NCBI GenBank assembly: GCA_977030845.1
Contig: OZ365110.1
Span: 37,634,001 to 37,698,000, forward strand
Direction of reading: 5' to 3'
DNA: 64,000 nt
From: Fimbriosthenelais zetlandica
Taxonomy: Eukaryota
Below, one piece after another: positions 13,001 to 25,961 of the stretch. A program made the translations under genes and the position numbers. Each line of letters starts with the position of its first letter. Position 1 is the first letter of the stretch. The notes beneath the pieces were generated by a model, which had not been told where the DNA came from, searched no databases, and worked only from the letters and a program-made list of their open reading frames with translations.

Positions 13001-16000
13001 AAAGATTGAGGTCTTTAATTAAACATAGCCTCAACGATTGTCCAAGTGTAGGTTGGATCTTTATTGATAGAAGTAGGGGGTTGTTTTTATAAGCTTTGAT
13101 TAGGATGTTAATTAACCAAGCTTTCGGCCTAGGGTAGCCTTCATCAGGCTAAAATAATGATTGATCGAAGTAACAACAAAACGTATCTCAGAACACCTGT
13201 CGTCCATGGAATATAAAAGGAGCCCATACGGGCCATAGGATATATGTATTGGACATCGAACTGTCATATTTGATTCCAAGTTGTCTATAACCATTGAAAA
13301 GAAAATCACTATGCATTAGTATCGCTCTATTTCACCCTATACGGATAAAAGGTATTGGACGGGAATCGATTTTTTCTATATAGGGGCACATTCAGATATA
13401 CAACGTAATTCATGAAGTCATATAGTTTCCACAGATGTACATGCAGTGATGTACTGTTTTACATTTTATGTGACGATCCCCTGCTTTGAGTGACCAAGCT
13501 TTAAATACATTTAAGCTTCAGCAGGTGGTGGCCTATAATAGACCCCTGCAGGTTTTCCATGCATGACCATAGATTTACCATGGCAAACGCTTAAACGTCC
13601 CTATCCTAACAAAGTTCACCAATTATACAGCTTGCCCCTGGGCCCTCTATAGCGAGCAGTGTTAGTGAATTCCAGTCTAGACTGAGATTCGTGCAGGAGT
13701 CAACATATTGAGATCTAAATTAGAGGCTTGAGTACACTTGCAATGTGCACGCATGAATTATGAATGCCTTTTACCTGGGAAATTCAGGCGGTCATGACAA
13801 AACTTTCTATGGTATTCCTAATGTAATAATTTTGAGAAAATATTCTACTTTTCCAAATTTTACCATTCTGAATAATATCACAAGTTATTATTTTTATATA
13901 CATAACTTTTTGCGACTTGTATAATTATGACTTTTTTTCTCATGTCATACAAATAGATATGATAGATGTGATAAGTGGATGTGAATCATAAATTGTAATG
14001 AGTTCGATCTAATCAACTCGTGGCCACTTTATTCAGTCATTTGAGAAATTAAGTTATTTATTTTGGACTAAAAACACGGCCAAGACCCTCTCTGTCTTTA
14101 TTGTAACGACAACATCAGCCTATATGTTCTAGTAGTTACAGAAAAACAGCACTTAGTGAGGGGAACTTAATATAGGTGATGGGTTGGTTGGCTGTGTTGG
14201 CTGGAGCTTACTCTGTGTGATGGCCATAATAGGTAATAATGTTAATGTGTAGTAGAAACCCCTCCAACAAACCACACCAATTTATACGAGAAGACTGGAA
14301 ACATTTCCATTCTGCACATTGGTTCTCAAATAAAGTTCACTTCATCAGTGTGTTAGAGAGTTACTCACAATATGCTAGAATGCGCGCATCCCCGAGATCA
14401 CTGTGAAAAAAACTTTCAGGAGAGGCTACATAGGATATGATAAAGATGGACCTCATAACAATAGTATGAAGGGCATAAGAATAGCTCTAGCAAGGTCCTG
14501 AATTAAAAAATGCGACCGTGGTTCTTAAAACCAATTACCCCACTAAATGGGATCAAACAGTATTAGCCGTTAAATATTTTTACACGTAATTACTATATTT
14601 AATAAATATAATAAAAGAAATTTTAGAAATGATTAAGAATTACTTTAGTCATCTGAACGTCATAGATCTATAATGGATTATAGTGAAGTATCACTGCCCT
14701 GAAGCCATGAATTTTCTGCCACCAATGATTAAGCTGAAGCTATTTTACACAGTTCACTTGCTATAGAACATCAAGATGTGTAATCTCACATTTTTCCACT
14801 TTAATCTAACTTACAGGAAGAGGTTCTAGGGAGCGAATATTGGATGTGTGGAATAATTAAATTTTGAGGAAACTTTGTTTTCTTGCAGGCCTTTAAGACC
14901 ATGGAAAGGGGCCTGGGGCTGTGGAATAGAGTTGATGATTGGTTTTGTGGCTGGCACTGCCTGTCATAATCAACTCATTACACGAGGTAAATGACATCGC
15001 TAAACCAGGTTCCTCATATCAGTCCAGAATCCCAAGAAATACAAGCTTCACTGTTCGAAATAAGTGTAAAAATATCTGTATAGTCAGTCAGTATAGAATT
15101 ATTATTATCCAAAGTTCATGAAACTTTTTTTAGACTATACATTAGTTGTTTAACTTATATACGGTATATCTTCATACCAGTCTTCATAATCCAGGAGCCT
15201 ATTATAGTATTTCATCAATACAAACTAAACTACAAAACTGGATTAAAAGCGGACACATTAGCAAAGAACTCGCTCTGGACAAGTTTTCCGAAAAACAATC
15301 GGACCAAGAGAGACCTATTTTCATGTAAATAGACAGAGACATTCAGAATCCTTGTACATTAATTACTCACTGCAAATGGAAGCATTAATGAAAATCTTTC
15401 AAACTCAAATTTCTGCGAGATCTTCAATAATCAGCAATGCATACAGGGTGGCCTGAAGGTTGATCTGATACCTTGAGAATGTATTGCTTCATAACCGACC
15501 TTCATTATGCATGCTTAAGCGTCTATTAACGCGTCAATTCCAGCCCAGATATTAATAGACATTTAAGAGACAGACCTCTACTCAACCAGGCCATCAACCG
15601 GCTGCATTATATGGCAAGTGAGATCCTGGCAAATCCCAAGCATCGACTCAATATTAGTTTAATGCAGCATGGAAGGGGGCGCCACGCCACTGAAGACTTG
15701 TCCCGGAGCAAGGAGGACTTTATGGCAGTGGTGGATTGAAGCCTATGCAAGCGCCAAATTAGAGCCCATGGGTCCTCCATTAAATATCTACAGCTTGGAA
15801 ATATATATGGCCAAAGTCAAACCAAATACAGGCATAAAACTAACGTGTTTTTTTCTGTGGGCTGTTCCATTGAATAGTGGCACACTTACATTAACGAAGG
15901 CTGGTCCTATATGGGAAAAGTGTCACACATTTTCAAGAAGCACACACAATACTCTGCCAGCCCGTCCAGAGGTGTTCAACGGTGGATCAGCCGATGGTAT

Positions 16001-17878
16001 GAATCAGGGTCTTCATGATAATGCTAATAATGTTATAGGTGTAGACAAGGCCCATAATGGGATGAGAGAAAAGGCTCTTTTAAGTTTATATTCCTTCACG
16101 ACCCAAACCACAAATTTAGTCAAATCTCCTCTAAGAACACAGTGGAAATTTATCAGAATTTAGGAGATCAGTCAGTCGTTTGTTCTTTCTTGACCACAAA
16201 GATGGGATGGCTTTATTTGTAAAAGATTAAATGCCTTAGAAAATAACCTCACCAAAATGGCGCGCTTTGCTGTCCGTGTTTGGAAACATGTGGTGGTCGG
16301 TTTTCAATTTTAAATGAAACTCTCATGTTCCCGTGAAATGTGGTTCCATAATTGTCTGTTTCAGACTGACAAATTTACAATTACATGCCCCTGAGAATTA
16401 AATCAAATTGAAAACCCATTTCAAGAATGATCAGATCAGAAATGAATAGCTGTAATATGAAATCCCACAGAGATGTGTGCCGCAAGCCTGACTACTTTAT
16501 TGTATAAGAGTTTTTGGTCTGACTCACTAAAATCAAACAGATCACACTTGTTTTCCATGAATAGGAAATACATCGTCGGGGCAATAAAAACAAAATGAAG
16601 GAGAGAAATACATGCATGTCTGCAGAATAAATGAGCTTCATGGGGGCAATACGGCAAGCAGGAAAATTATAGGAAATAAAACAATGGTTTTATAAGAAAG
16701 AAGCTGTCTGTATTAAGCTTAGGCCCGGACTGAACACTTGGGAAGAAGCGAGTTAATTTCTAGAATTCGTATAGACCTACGTGAAATTCATTAATCACTT
16801 GTTTGAATTTCTGCAATCCTTTATTATATACATTATTTTTTGTTAGTTGTATCATTGAGACTCTTGCCATATCTCAGAAGATTTATAATAGTTCTAGCAG
16901 TTTCTATTTCCCATTGCCTCACTTCAAAGTATGTTTGCAGCTGGAGGAATGAAATAGATGGTTTGGATTAGGCTGCTTCCCTGGCCATCAATTTAATTGT
17001 CTGTGTATTCCAACAGCCTCCCAATGATACATCGCTGTTTAAAAAATGGGGGGAAACTAGCTCGAGAAAAAACCTGGCATCATTTCTTAAATTGCACATT
17101 ACATTGAGACCAGTGGGAAAAGTGGCGTTTCTCTCAAGGCAAAATAATTGGCAGAGCACATCAATATAATCATGCTTTGCCTTTTTATGTTCGTCCTCTG
17201 CCCTTCAAAGCTTCAGATCTGCTCTATTCCTCCACTAATTCCTGGCAACCTCAGCCCAGCTGACTGTCATTCGTAATGGGGGAAATGCCACACATTTCAT
17301 AGAAGATGAGAGTATTATGTCTGGAGGATTTAGCTCCCCATTCCGCTGTTCTAGATGTAATTACTAATGTGTGTAATCTGAAGTTAGCTTGGGTGAATAC
17401 CGTTATAAGACAGTCTGATTAAATGAATTTCTCCTGAGAAAACTTGCACGAAAACAACCAAGAAAACGTTGCCAATTAACAGGTGATTAAGAACAATTTA
17501 TATGCATGCCAGACAGCATTTATATCAAATGTGTGCTTATAGTTGGATCTCTAAATTCCTGCATGCGGTTCGCCAAGTTACATCGCTGGCGAAATATTTT
17601 AATAGAGAGATGGCTCAACATATATGCGAGGACAGTTACAGGGGTACTCGAGAAAATGAGTACCACAGCCAGCAGAGTACTGCCAAATAAAGCCTTCAAT
17701 GCTTCATTCAGGATGAAACTGAAAAGTTTTGGTGGGGTGGGGGTAACTATCTTTAAATTCTCTTTTTAATTTGTATATCGATCAGGAAGTTTTGATTACA
17801 AAGCACCTGTAGGCTACATGTAAGGTATTCTGAAAACACTCGTCACTTGGGATAAACCTGACAGCTGGTGAGCCTCTA

Positions 17879-17959
17879 GAGCAGGCAAGTTGGAGAAGGT
17901 CAGCGGAAGTCAGGGGCATTTAATATTACAGAGCTCTATTCGTAGCTGCTTTTCCTGCC
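17879..17959 (-). mobile_element. Possible tyrosine-recombinase C-terminal remnant (DIRS-like)
   Basis: AGKAATNRAL*...TSADLLQLACS resembles the HSxRxAATxxA...IL box of DIRS YRs. Short and degenerate. Confidence 0.3.
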
Positions 17960-20900
17960 TTCCTGAATATAAATCAACCAGACCGACTATATCCACTGGC
18001 AACCAATACACATGCAGCAAGTTTTCTCAAAGAGTCAGGAATACTATAGCACGACCTATTCAAATGCCTCTGGAGCTTTACGTTTAGAGAAGCTCTATAG
18101 ATCTCATTCATATTCAGCTGTTTTCTTATATGAACGATGTAACCTATTTGTGGTGTATAAAACTATATATACAACTTTTCTCATCTATCTAAGTAGTGGA
18201 AAGTGTATCCGGAAAGTTTTTCAGTGTTCTAAAGGTCTGGCGGGTTTTTTATTCAACAAATAGGAAAAGAACTAGGTATAGATAAATAATCAAACTCATT
18301 CCAACTTTCCTTCCCTATGGGATGAACAAGTCAAGGATTGAGGATTTACACAATTTCCTAATGGCATTTTTCAATAAGTGCTCATTACCAACCTCATTTT
18401 TCCCTCCCAGGGCTTTAATTTCCAGGGACCGAATGGTTGCTGCAATGTCTCATCCAAAGGAGGGAAATCCATGCAATTAATCATTAATAAATTGATTTAA
18501 AATCCGCAATTCATCAAATTAAATTTTGAGACTTAGTAAAGGCCTCTGATATTATTAATTTCAATGGGTTTTCTCAACACCCACAAGAAATAATGAGGAG
18601 CATGCTTAAAAATTAATTAATCATTTTAAGAAATATAAACTAAATTAATTCATAAATGCCTGATGTAGCCTATACAGAAAATCAATGATGATATCTGATA
18701 TCATCTTGCAGGCTTTCTCAGTCACAATAACGGGGGATTTCCATTCCGATTTTACGAAAAACATCCCACATAAGGTTTCTCCTTTTACGACTTTGAAATC
18801 CATACGTTACTAGTAGTCAATATTACTGGAAACCATGTCACGTCTGCCAGAGAACCAGGCCATGCCTCATAGGTATGACTGGTATCACAGGTGTCAAATG
18901 TCTTTGGGCAACGTTAGGAGCAGCTCACAGAGGTCTCACTCTTCGTGATGAAGAATGCTGATATCACTGACCATATATAGATATCATTATCATCCGCGGC
19001 CATATAAGAATAAATAATTCAGGGGCGTAGTCATATATGGCCTATATACCCCTCGTGCCCCCATGGGCCATATCCCCAACTAAGAAAGTTAAGGATCGTC
19101 GGTGTTCCTGCATGTTTGTACCCGATCCTCTTGTAGTGACATGAAGGGCAAGCTAGATTCATTTTAGACTATATGCATGGGGAGGGACGGACGCTCCGTC
19201 TAGATTCATTGATGGGTGGGGGCTGAAATTATCATGTTACAATATAATAAATTCCTTTAGCTGCATGCCAGTTTGTCAGATAAAAATCTTTTCAAGTTAA
19301 CTTGAAAAGATTTAACACTTTGCTGTTATCTAAAATGTAGTATTATGGAGGTAGTATATGGAAAGTGTGCTACATCACTGGGCTCATCTCATTTCAGACT
19401 GAAGCTATATAATATTCAGAGAGACGGGAAGATAATTGTATGTAAAGTATCCCTCCAAGAACAAAACTTCAAGTCAGAAGCCCAGAATTCCACCCCATGC
19501 ACCTCCATCCTCGACCACAAATTCTTGGGTATGATTTTGGGTATAATATTATGGAGAAATAAATGGATGAAAGTGTATTATAGTTATTATAGAGTTGTAA
19601 ACATGAGATAAATACATGGGACTTGTACGGATGCTAGTAATATCATGAGAACGCAAGGGTGGTAAGCGACTCAGAATCGTCCCTCGTCCTTCATTAATCT
19701 ACAATAATAAAACCTGTGACGGCTTCTCTCTTAGTCTATAGATCTATAGTTAGCTATATAGTGCATCCATATGTATGTGCCCTTGACTAATTAAGTTAGT
19801 CTGCCCTTCTGTTACCCTTCACATTATTCTGTTCCATCCGATTTTCCCCTGAGGGACCATTAGTAGTGACAACATTCTTGGAATTGACCTGCCTACAGAA
19901 CCGTGTACCCAGATGGCTGAACGATAATTGGGGTAGACATGACTTGTCCTAGAAGTATGTATTCACATGTAACTCGTCTCCAAGGTTGGTTGAGGAAAGA
20001 GATGCACGTTTTAACTCTGCCAGGATTTTTAAGCCACAAGAATCTAATTGTTTCATCGAAAGTAAGAGGATGCTAGCAGACAGTAGCATACATGATTATA
20101 GACATTGTGAAAGCTTGTCTCTGTAACTTATATCTGTCTCTTCAGCTTAATCGATTTTAATTTATTGATACCTATTAATATAACAGACCTGGAGGACCAT
20201 TTACCAGGAGGGTAGGCCTAGTATAGTAGAGCTCTATCCCAGATAGTGGACAGCAAGCATCCAGCCACTCATCGATGGATTGGTTCTTATCATCCAGGAG
20301 GAAGCCACTCAGCTTGGAGACCTGCATCTCAAATTCAAAGGTTCTCGGGCAAAATATTCGATTCAGAGAAAGAAAGTGAAGGAAATGAGAAAGGTCAAAT
20401 CCGAAACCACTCGAAAAGGTAAAACCACTAGTGAAGGAAAAGCAGCCTCCAGGGGAGCATAGATGGAAAAGATTATAGGTGGAAAAGATCTTAAAAGATT
20501 AATCACAGATTCTTCTTTTAGTAAGTGCGAGCAGGAAAATAAGGCACCGGGAGACATGTCTGTAGCCTACTACATATTTCTAACTTCAAATGAATACAGA
20601 GAAAGATGTTTTGAGACAACAAGTTTGGCGCCTGGGGCAGGGGCATTCGCCTTATTCCAGCCCCTGGCCTCAGCTGTCGCTACTTCCTTCCCTTGCATGA
20701 GAGTTCTAAGAGGACCTGGCCTGATTATGGATGGAGATGTTTATTCTGCCCGTCTCATAATGTGGCCTCGAACCTTTCCCAATGAGCCCTCCATGTAAGG
20801 CTATGCGCTCAGGACACAACTTCAGGAGACCTCCCAACACCCTCCACTACCGCCACCTAATGGTAAAGTCATGTACTGCCTGACAGAGGGGAGTCCGCCA

Positions 20901-21638
20901 TCCCTCTGGCCCAAGCCTTTCTCATGCTCTATTGTCGATCGCTTACAATCCTCTTACATGACCTCCTTGGACCTCAAAAGTCTACAGTGTTTAACATGCA
21001 CATGCCCTTAAGAACTTCACGCTGGAAACCTCTTAAATCTATTTCTATCTGCATTTTCCATTTTCAGTATGGAGAAGACATACGGTATGATAGCCCTACG
21101 CTGATCCATAATTATGGGATATCCAGTACATGACAAGATATCTAGGAAGTATAATTATGAGGGAAAGATACAATCCACTCCTGCCCCTTATTATCAGAAA
21201 CGTCTCAAGTATAAAATGAGTGGGGCGGGTAGTAGGCCTAACAGTTCTGGACATTTTAAAATATGATCTAACGAAGAATTTTCAAACAATTTGATTTAGC
21301 ATATCGAACATGTAGGTGGTTCCATTTCACAGATATTTCAAGTTATTTTAAGATGATATTTCGGGTTGCCTTTCAAAAAGTTATATAACGCCTTTCGGAT
21401 ACAAAATTCCCCCGACCCCCTATGTAAAAAAATGATGCAATGTTTACCTTGCCGAAAGCAATATAATAACTACAGTATAGGCCTAATTTTCACCATCCTA
21501 TATTACGTCATATTAATGGGCCCTTATATATACGTACATGTATATAGCGTAGGGAGCTTTACGGCTTGGATCATTTTAAGCAATACGTCTACTTTCACTT
21601 TCTGTCAAACTAATTATATATAAAAAGTGTTTACTTAC

Positions 21639-22022
21639 ATCGGGATATTCATCGAGCTGAGCAGCAGAAGTATGTAGTATACCTTCAGCATCTGATCCAT
21701 TAAGTTCCCTTACCCTGACAATGACTTGTGTACATGGGAATTTCGACAGGATATGACTACCATGACTGTAGCCATACCCACCAGAAGAAATGAACTTTTC
21801 ACATTTGATCAGTCCAAGTTTTATGTGGTCCGTAACTGTGCATTCACCAATGAGGAAATCTTTGGCACTAACATGTTCCTTTAATACCACCTCTGCAGCT
21901 AGAACTCCGGCAGCTACACTTGCAACTAGCACAAAACAAAGCAATGGAGTGGCTGCATTGTTCATGCACCGACAACACTTGTTATCTGGACACGAAGGAA
22001 GGAGTTGACAGCAACGTTGCAT
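21639..22022 (-). CDS. First coding exon of a KCNMB/CaKB-like protein, paralog 2
   Basis: tcaacATG start; 128 codons MQRCCQLL...LDEYPD; shares LKEHxSAKDF, CxVT, HGSH, FPCxQVxVR and GxLHxS with the 7126-7566 exon; phase-0 donor GAT|gtaagt at 21639/21638. Second exon not found. Confidence 0.8.
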
Positions 22023-25000
22023 GTTGATGACAGTTTTATTGAGTGGAAGTAGGAAAAACGTCCTCAAAATAATCTCCCCTCAGAGATGGAACCAGCAAAA
22101 ACTGACTAATTATGTTAAAGATGCTCAGGTAGAATTTGTCCTGGTAAAGCAACGGCCAATGTATTCCTGTAACAAAACCTGTGTTTTTGAGTCAGTTCTT
22201 TAAGTTTCAAAGATCCCCAATTTTTTATCGTCCTAGGTAGGTTCCATCCAGTACGATTGGGTTATCATAAATCAGGTCTCACTGATGTCCAGTACTTGGT
22301 TCTTTAGGCCATCCTTTACTGATATGTACCATGATATTGCAGCAAGTCCATGAGCATCTTATACCCGAGGGTCGAATCTGTCATCAGTTGATTGTTACCC
22401 GTATAGTCGTCAGAAGGTAATTAAAGTTTGTATTGATCGTAGTTCCAATATGGCTGAATTTGATGGGCCTGACAGCTTGAATCTGGGAACTAATACAATA
22501 CTCGCAAAAGCACCGCAGCCCTGAAAAAAATAATAAAATTCAATTTATTATCCATTATTATTCGATATATGAAGTTTGTTTATCCTCGTTGGAATAGCAA
22601 GTGTGTGTAAAATTCAATCTAACCATATTACTTGTTGGCTAATCAAAACAATTATCCATGGTAATTACCTTTAATTAGGATTATATGAATTTATTTTAAA
22701 AGGTTGCCCAATAAATCTATGATATAATTATAAAATTTCCAAATCTACTGCCTCTAAGTTTAACCGTAATCTCTAAGTTTTATTTTGGAACAAAATTCTT
22801 TGAGGGACCTTATTTTCTTAAATGAGTCCCTGTTTCTGGCATCCATGGATCCATGGGCCCCAATTTAGAAAATAACTCTGAATCATGGTATAGCTTGATC
22901 AGTGCTAGATTAATGTAGGCCTACAGCAGAAACGAATATATATGCACTTTTACCCGCATGTGAAAGATTGATGAAGTAGGCCTGGGAACAGGTTTTGTAT
23001 GAATTCATGTGAAATATATAGACAAGGCAACTATGGAACTACTGTATATATATGCCAATTGAAAAGCATATAATTTTGTGGGCCTATATATTATGTAGAT
23101 CTGTATAGGAATTGTCAAACCGTAAGGGTCATAATACGAGGGTGGTTTGAAGGTACACTATTGAGAAAACATTGAGTTTTTATAGCAAAATAGGAAGATA
23201 AATGTTATTAGATTCATTACAAAGAGAGAAATGATCGTTTTCTCAGTGTAAATCCCTACGGTTATGTATACAAGAAAATAATTGACCTAGATTGGAGGTT
23301 CTTAGGCAGGATTCATCCTGCTACGCTAGATATTTTAAAGTAGATCGAGGATTCCAGTAATTTCTGTTACCAACCTTCATCATACCTGAATGTGATTGTC
23401 CAGTCCAAGTCATGCACTAGACATCTATACTAAACATACATACAAAATAATACTGGACACACCCACATCCCAGCCAAGTATATATTAGAGATGACTTTGC
23501 AGAGGATTATTGTCTGATGGATGGCACAGTATTGGACCATAATGACATAATCCGCTCAAGGCAAGGATATGTCAACAGATACAAGGTATTCTCATAACAA
23601 GAATCAATAAATCGATCAGCACAACCAGATCGACCTGCTTCTGCAAACACTAAACCACCGTACAAGCAATAACAAAAATTTCGACAGTATTGTGCTTCTT
23701 ATGGTACTATAATTATTATACATAAACACAAGCTGAATGGTATGGGTGTAGAGGAATGGGTATTTTATGAGAAAATAGAATGATGGAATCGAATAAGCAG
23801 GCCCACAGAACAGTACTTACCTTTTCAAAACATACCTTTTCAGGTATGCTATCCAAACTAGCTCAGAACGGCGTCGTAAGTCTTTATGATCATATGAATT
23901 GCGTGAAACAATGTCAGGTGAAAAAGTTGTTTACCTGTGTTGTAGCCACACACGTGTGTTGTTGTCACTCGGGTAGGTTAATGAAGAAGCGATGTAATGG
24001 TAGAGTGCTGCTTTTTCCTCCTACCAGAAGTTATTTATGAAGTGTAGACGTGCCTAAGTAATGTCCACATACCTGAATATTGGGGAGAGTGAATGATGTG
24101 AATGATTCTGTGTATATGAGTGAGACTCTCACGACTCACCTATGATGACGTTCACTCAGCATGGCCTCGCTTTGGGAGAATATGACCTACATAAACATGA
24201 CCTGGTTTCACTTGACTTATTATCCAATCACATACCGTGACGACCTATTTATGGAAAGTCAACTGTAACTTTTTTTTAAATTCCAAATTCGAATACTTAT
24301 ATACTTATGTTAGATTATATGCTTGAGTACATTCTGAGGAAAATAAGGGATCATATGATTAGACAATTAAGTATGTAGGCCCAATTAATGACTTAGTAAG
24401 CTAGAACATTTTAGGCCACTTTTAGTTTTAAAGGCATTTTATTTGCATTATAGTAGGCTAACTCTGAAACAAAAAAAGATGCACTGTATGAAATATAGTT
24501 TATAGTACATCATTTTTACACAGAAAAACACTGGTTAGATTCTATATATATAAACATGTAAAAATATATTCTGTACCGGTACACTATATTATTATGGTTC
24601 TGTGGAGTCTAGGTAAAGCAAAACATGACTTATACCTAATATTAAGTTGGACAGATATGACTACAATGTATTTCATAATTAATAAATTCATACATGTAAA
24701 TTTTACTATACCGAATTACACTTCTTTTCTCCAAAGCCATATACGATATTTTTACTACCATTTTTAAGACATCATATGACCATTTTAGGACCATTTTCTT
24801 CATTATGGAAATCCAAAGCTACATATATATTCCAATGCAGTTTATACATGAATTATTGAAATCTCAAAGTTACAACATGGATTGATTCATCTACATGTCC
24901 TCAATAGGTCATAAATTCTGAACACATTCTTAATAAAAGTTTGCCTCTTGCATCACCGCTGATTCCTATCACAATCTTAAAATAATATAACTAAACCTCA

Positions 25001-25961
25001 GTATAAAAGAAGTGCTCGTTATAGTAGGCCTATTAAATACAGTCTCAGATCGCGTCCAAACTCTCAACCGAGGTGAGATATGGTGAGACCCTGTTCCACC
25101 GATCCGTGTTGTTCTGGACAGGTCATGTCAATGTCATATAGAGAAGAAGTCTCGTAGATATATTAAATCAACAATAAACAACTGTTAAATCGCCTTAATG
25201 TAATTAACACCGGTATATCTCTGTAAAGATTAACTACTTAATTATACTGTACAAACATTTTTATTTCAAAATAAACCTCTCGTCTCCGTATAATTATATT
25301 GTGCTGATGCATTCAAATATGATCATGTTATGCTTACTTAAAAGATGCTACTGCTGCCTCTAATATATAAAACTCAGTTGGGATATGTTGAGGAGAATTA
25401 CAAATGAATTCTGGGTCACATCATGAAATAGACATGATAGGCCTGCATAGCAATTATAATGCCTTGGTCATACATACTCTAGGCCTATTAAAATATTCGA
25501 ATAAAATGTAACAATATATGAAAATAGTCTCATTAACCTACAGCATCCATACTGATCGGCACAGAGGTATAATAATGGTAGGCACTTTAATACATATTGG
25601 CCTATAATAATGTTAATGTTGCGTTTGTGTGGGTTAATCTTGTGTAGTTGCCTTTAGGTATACATCAAGGGTAGAGCCTGTTTCATCAGATCGTCGATTC
25701 CACACCATCTATGACAAGACGTTCCCTCACTCCAGGTTCCCCCGTTTTGACACCCTTATTGTGTTTATTGGGTTTGTATATCTGAAGAATACCAGACATC
25801 TTTATGGCAGGTGACTGAGACATAAAAATGTTGATGATATTATATTAAAAATCACTATAGGCTAGCACAAGAAAGGCATGATAAATGGGGATGTGGTTCT
25901 GCTACGGGAAGATGAATATCCTGACGGAATGAAATATAGGAAACGCAAAAATTCTGCGTAC

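Noticed and set aside
12561-13309. Hydrophobic or ILWP-containing frames at 12561-12797 and ~13170-13300 as a possible KCNMB exon 2
   Set aside because: No suitable acceptor, upstream in-frame stops and no conserved cysteines.
15669-16163. 164-aa plus-strand ORF
   Set aside because: No family motif; an alternative frame faintly resembles a decayed YR-element RT, so it is probably a chance open frame in old repeat DNA.
24121-24240. ATGATGA (C-box-like) with TGACCT x2 and CCAAT
   Set aside because: No D box or terminal stem for a snoRNA; the short transcription-factor motifs are expected by chance.
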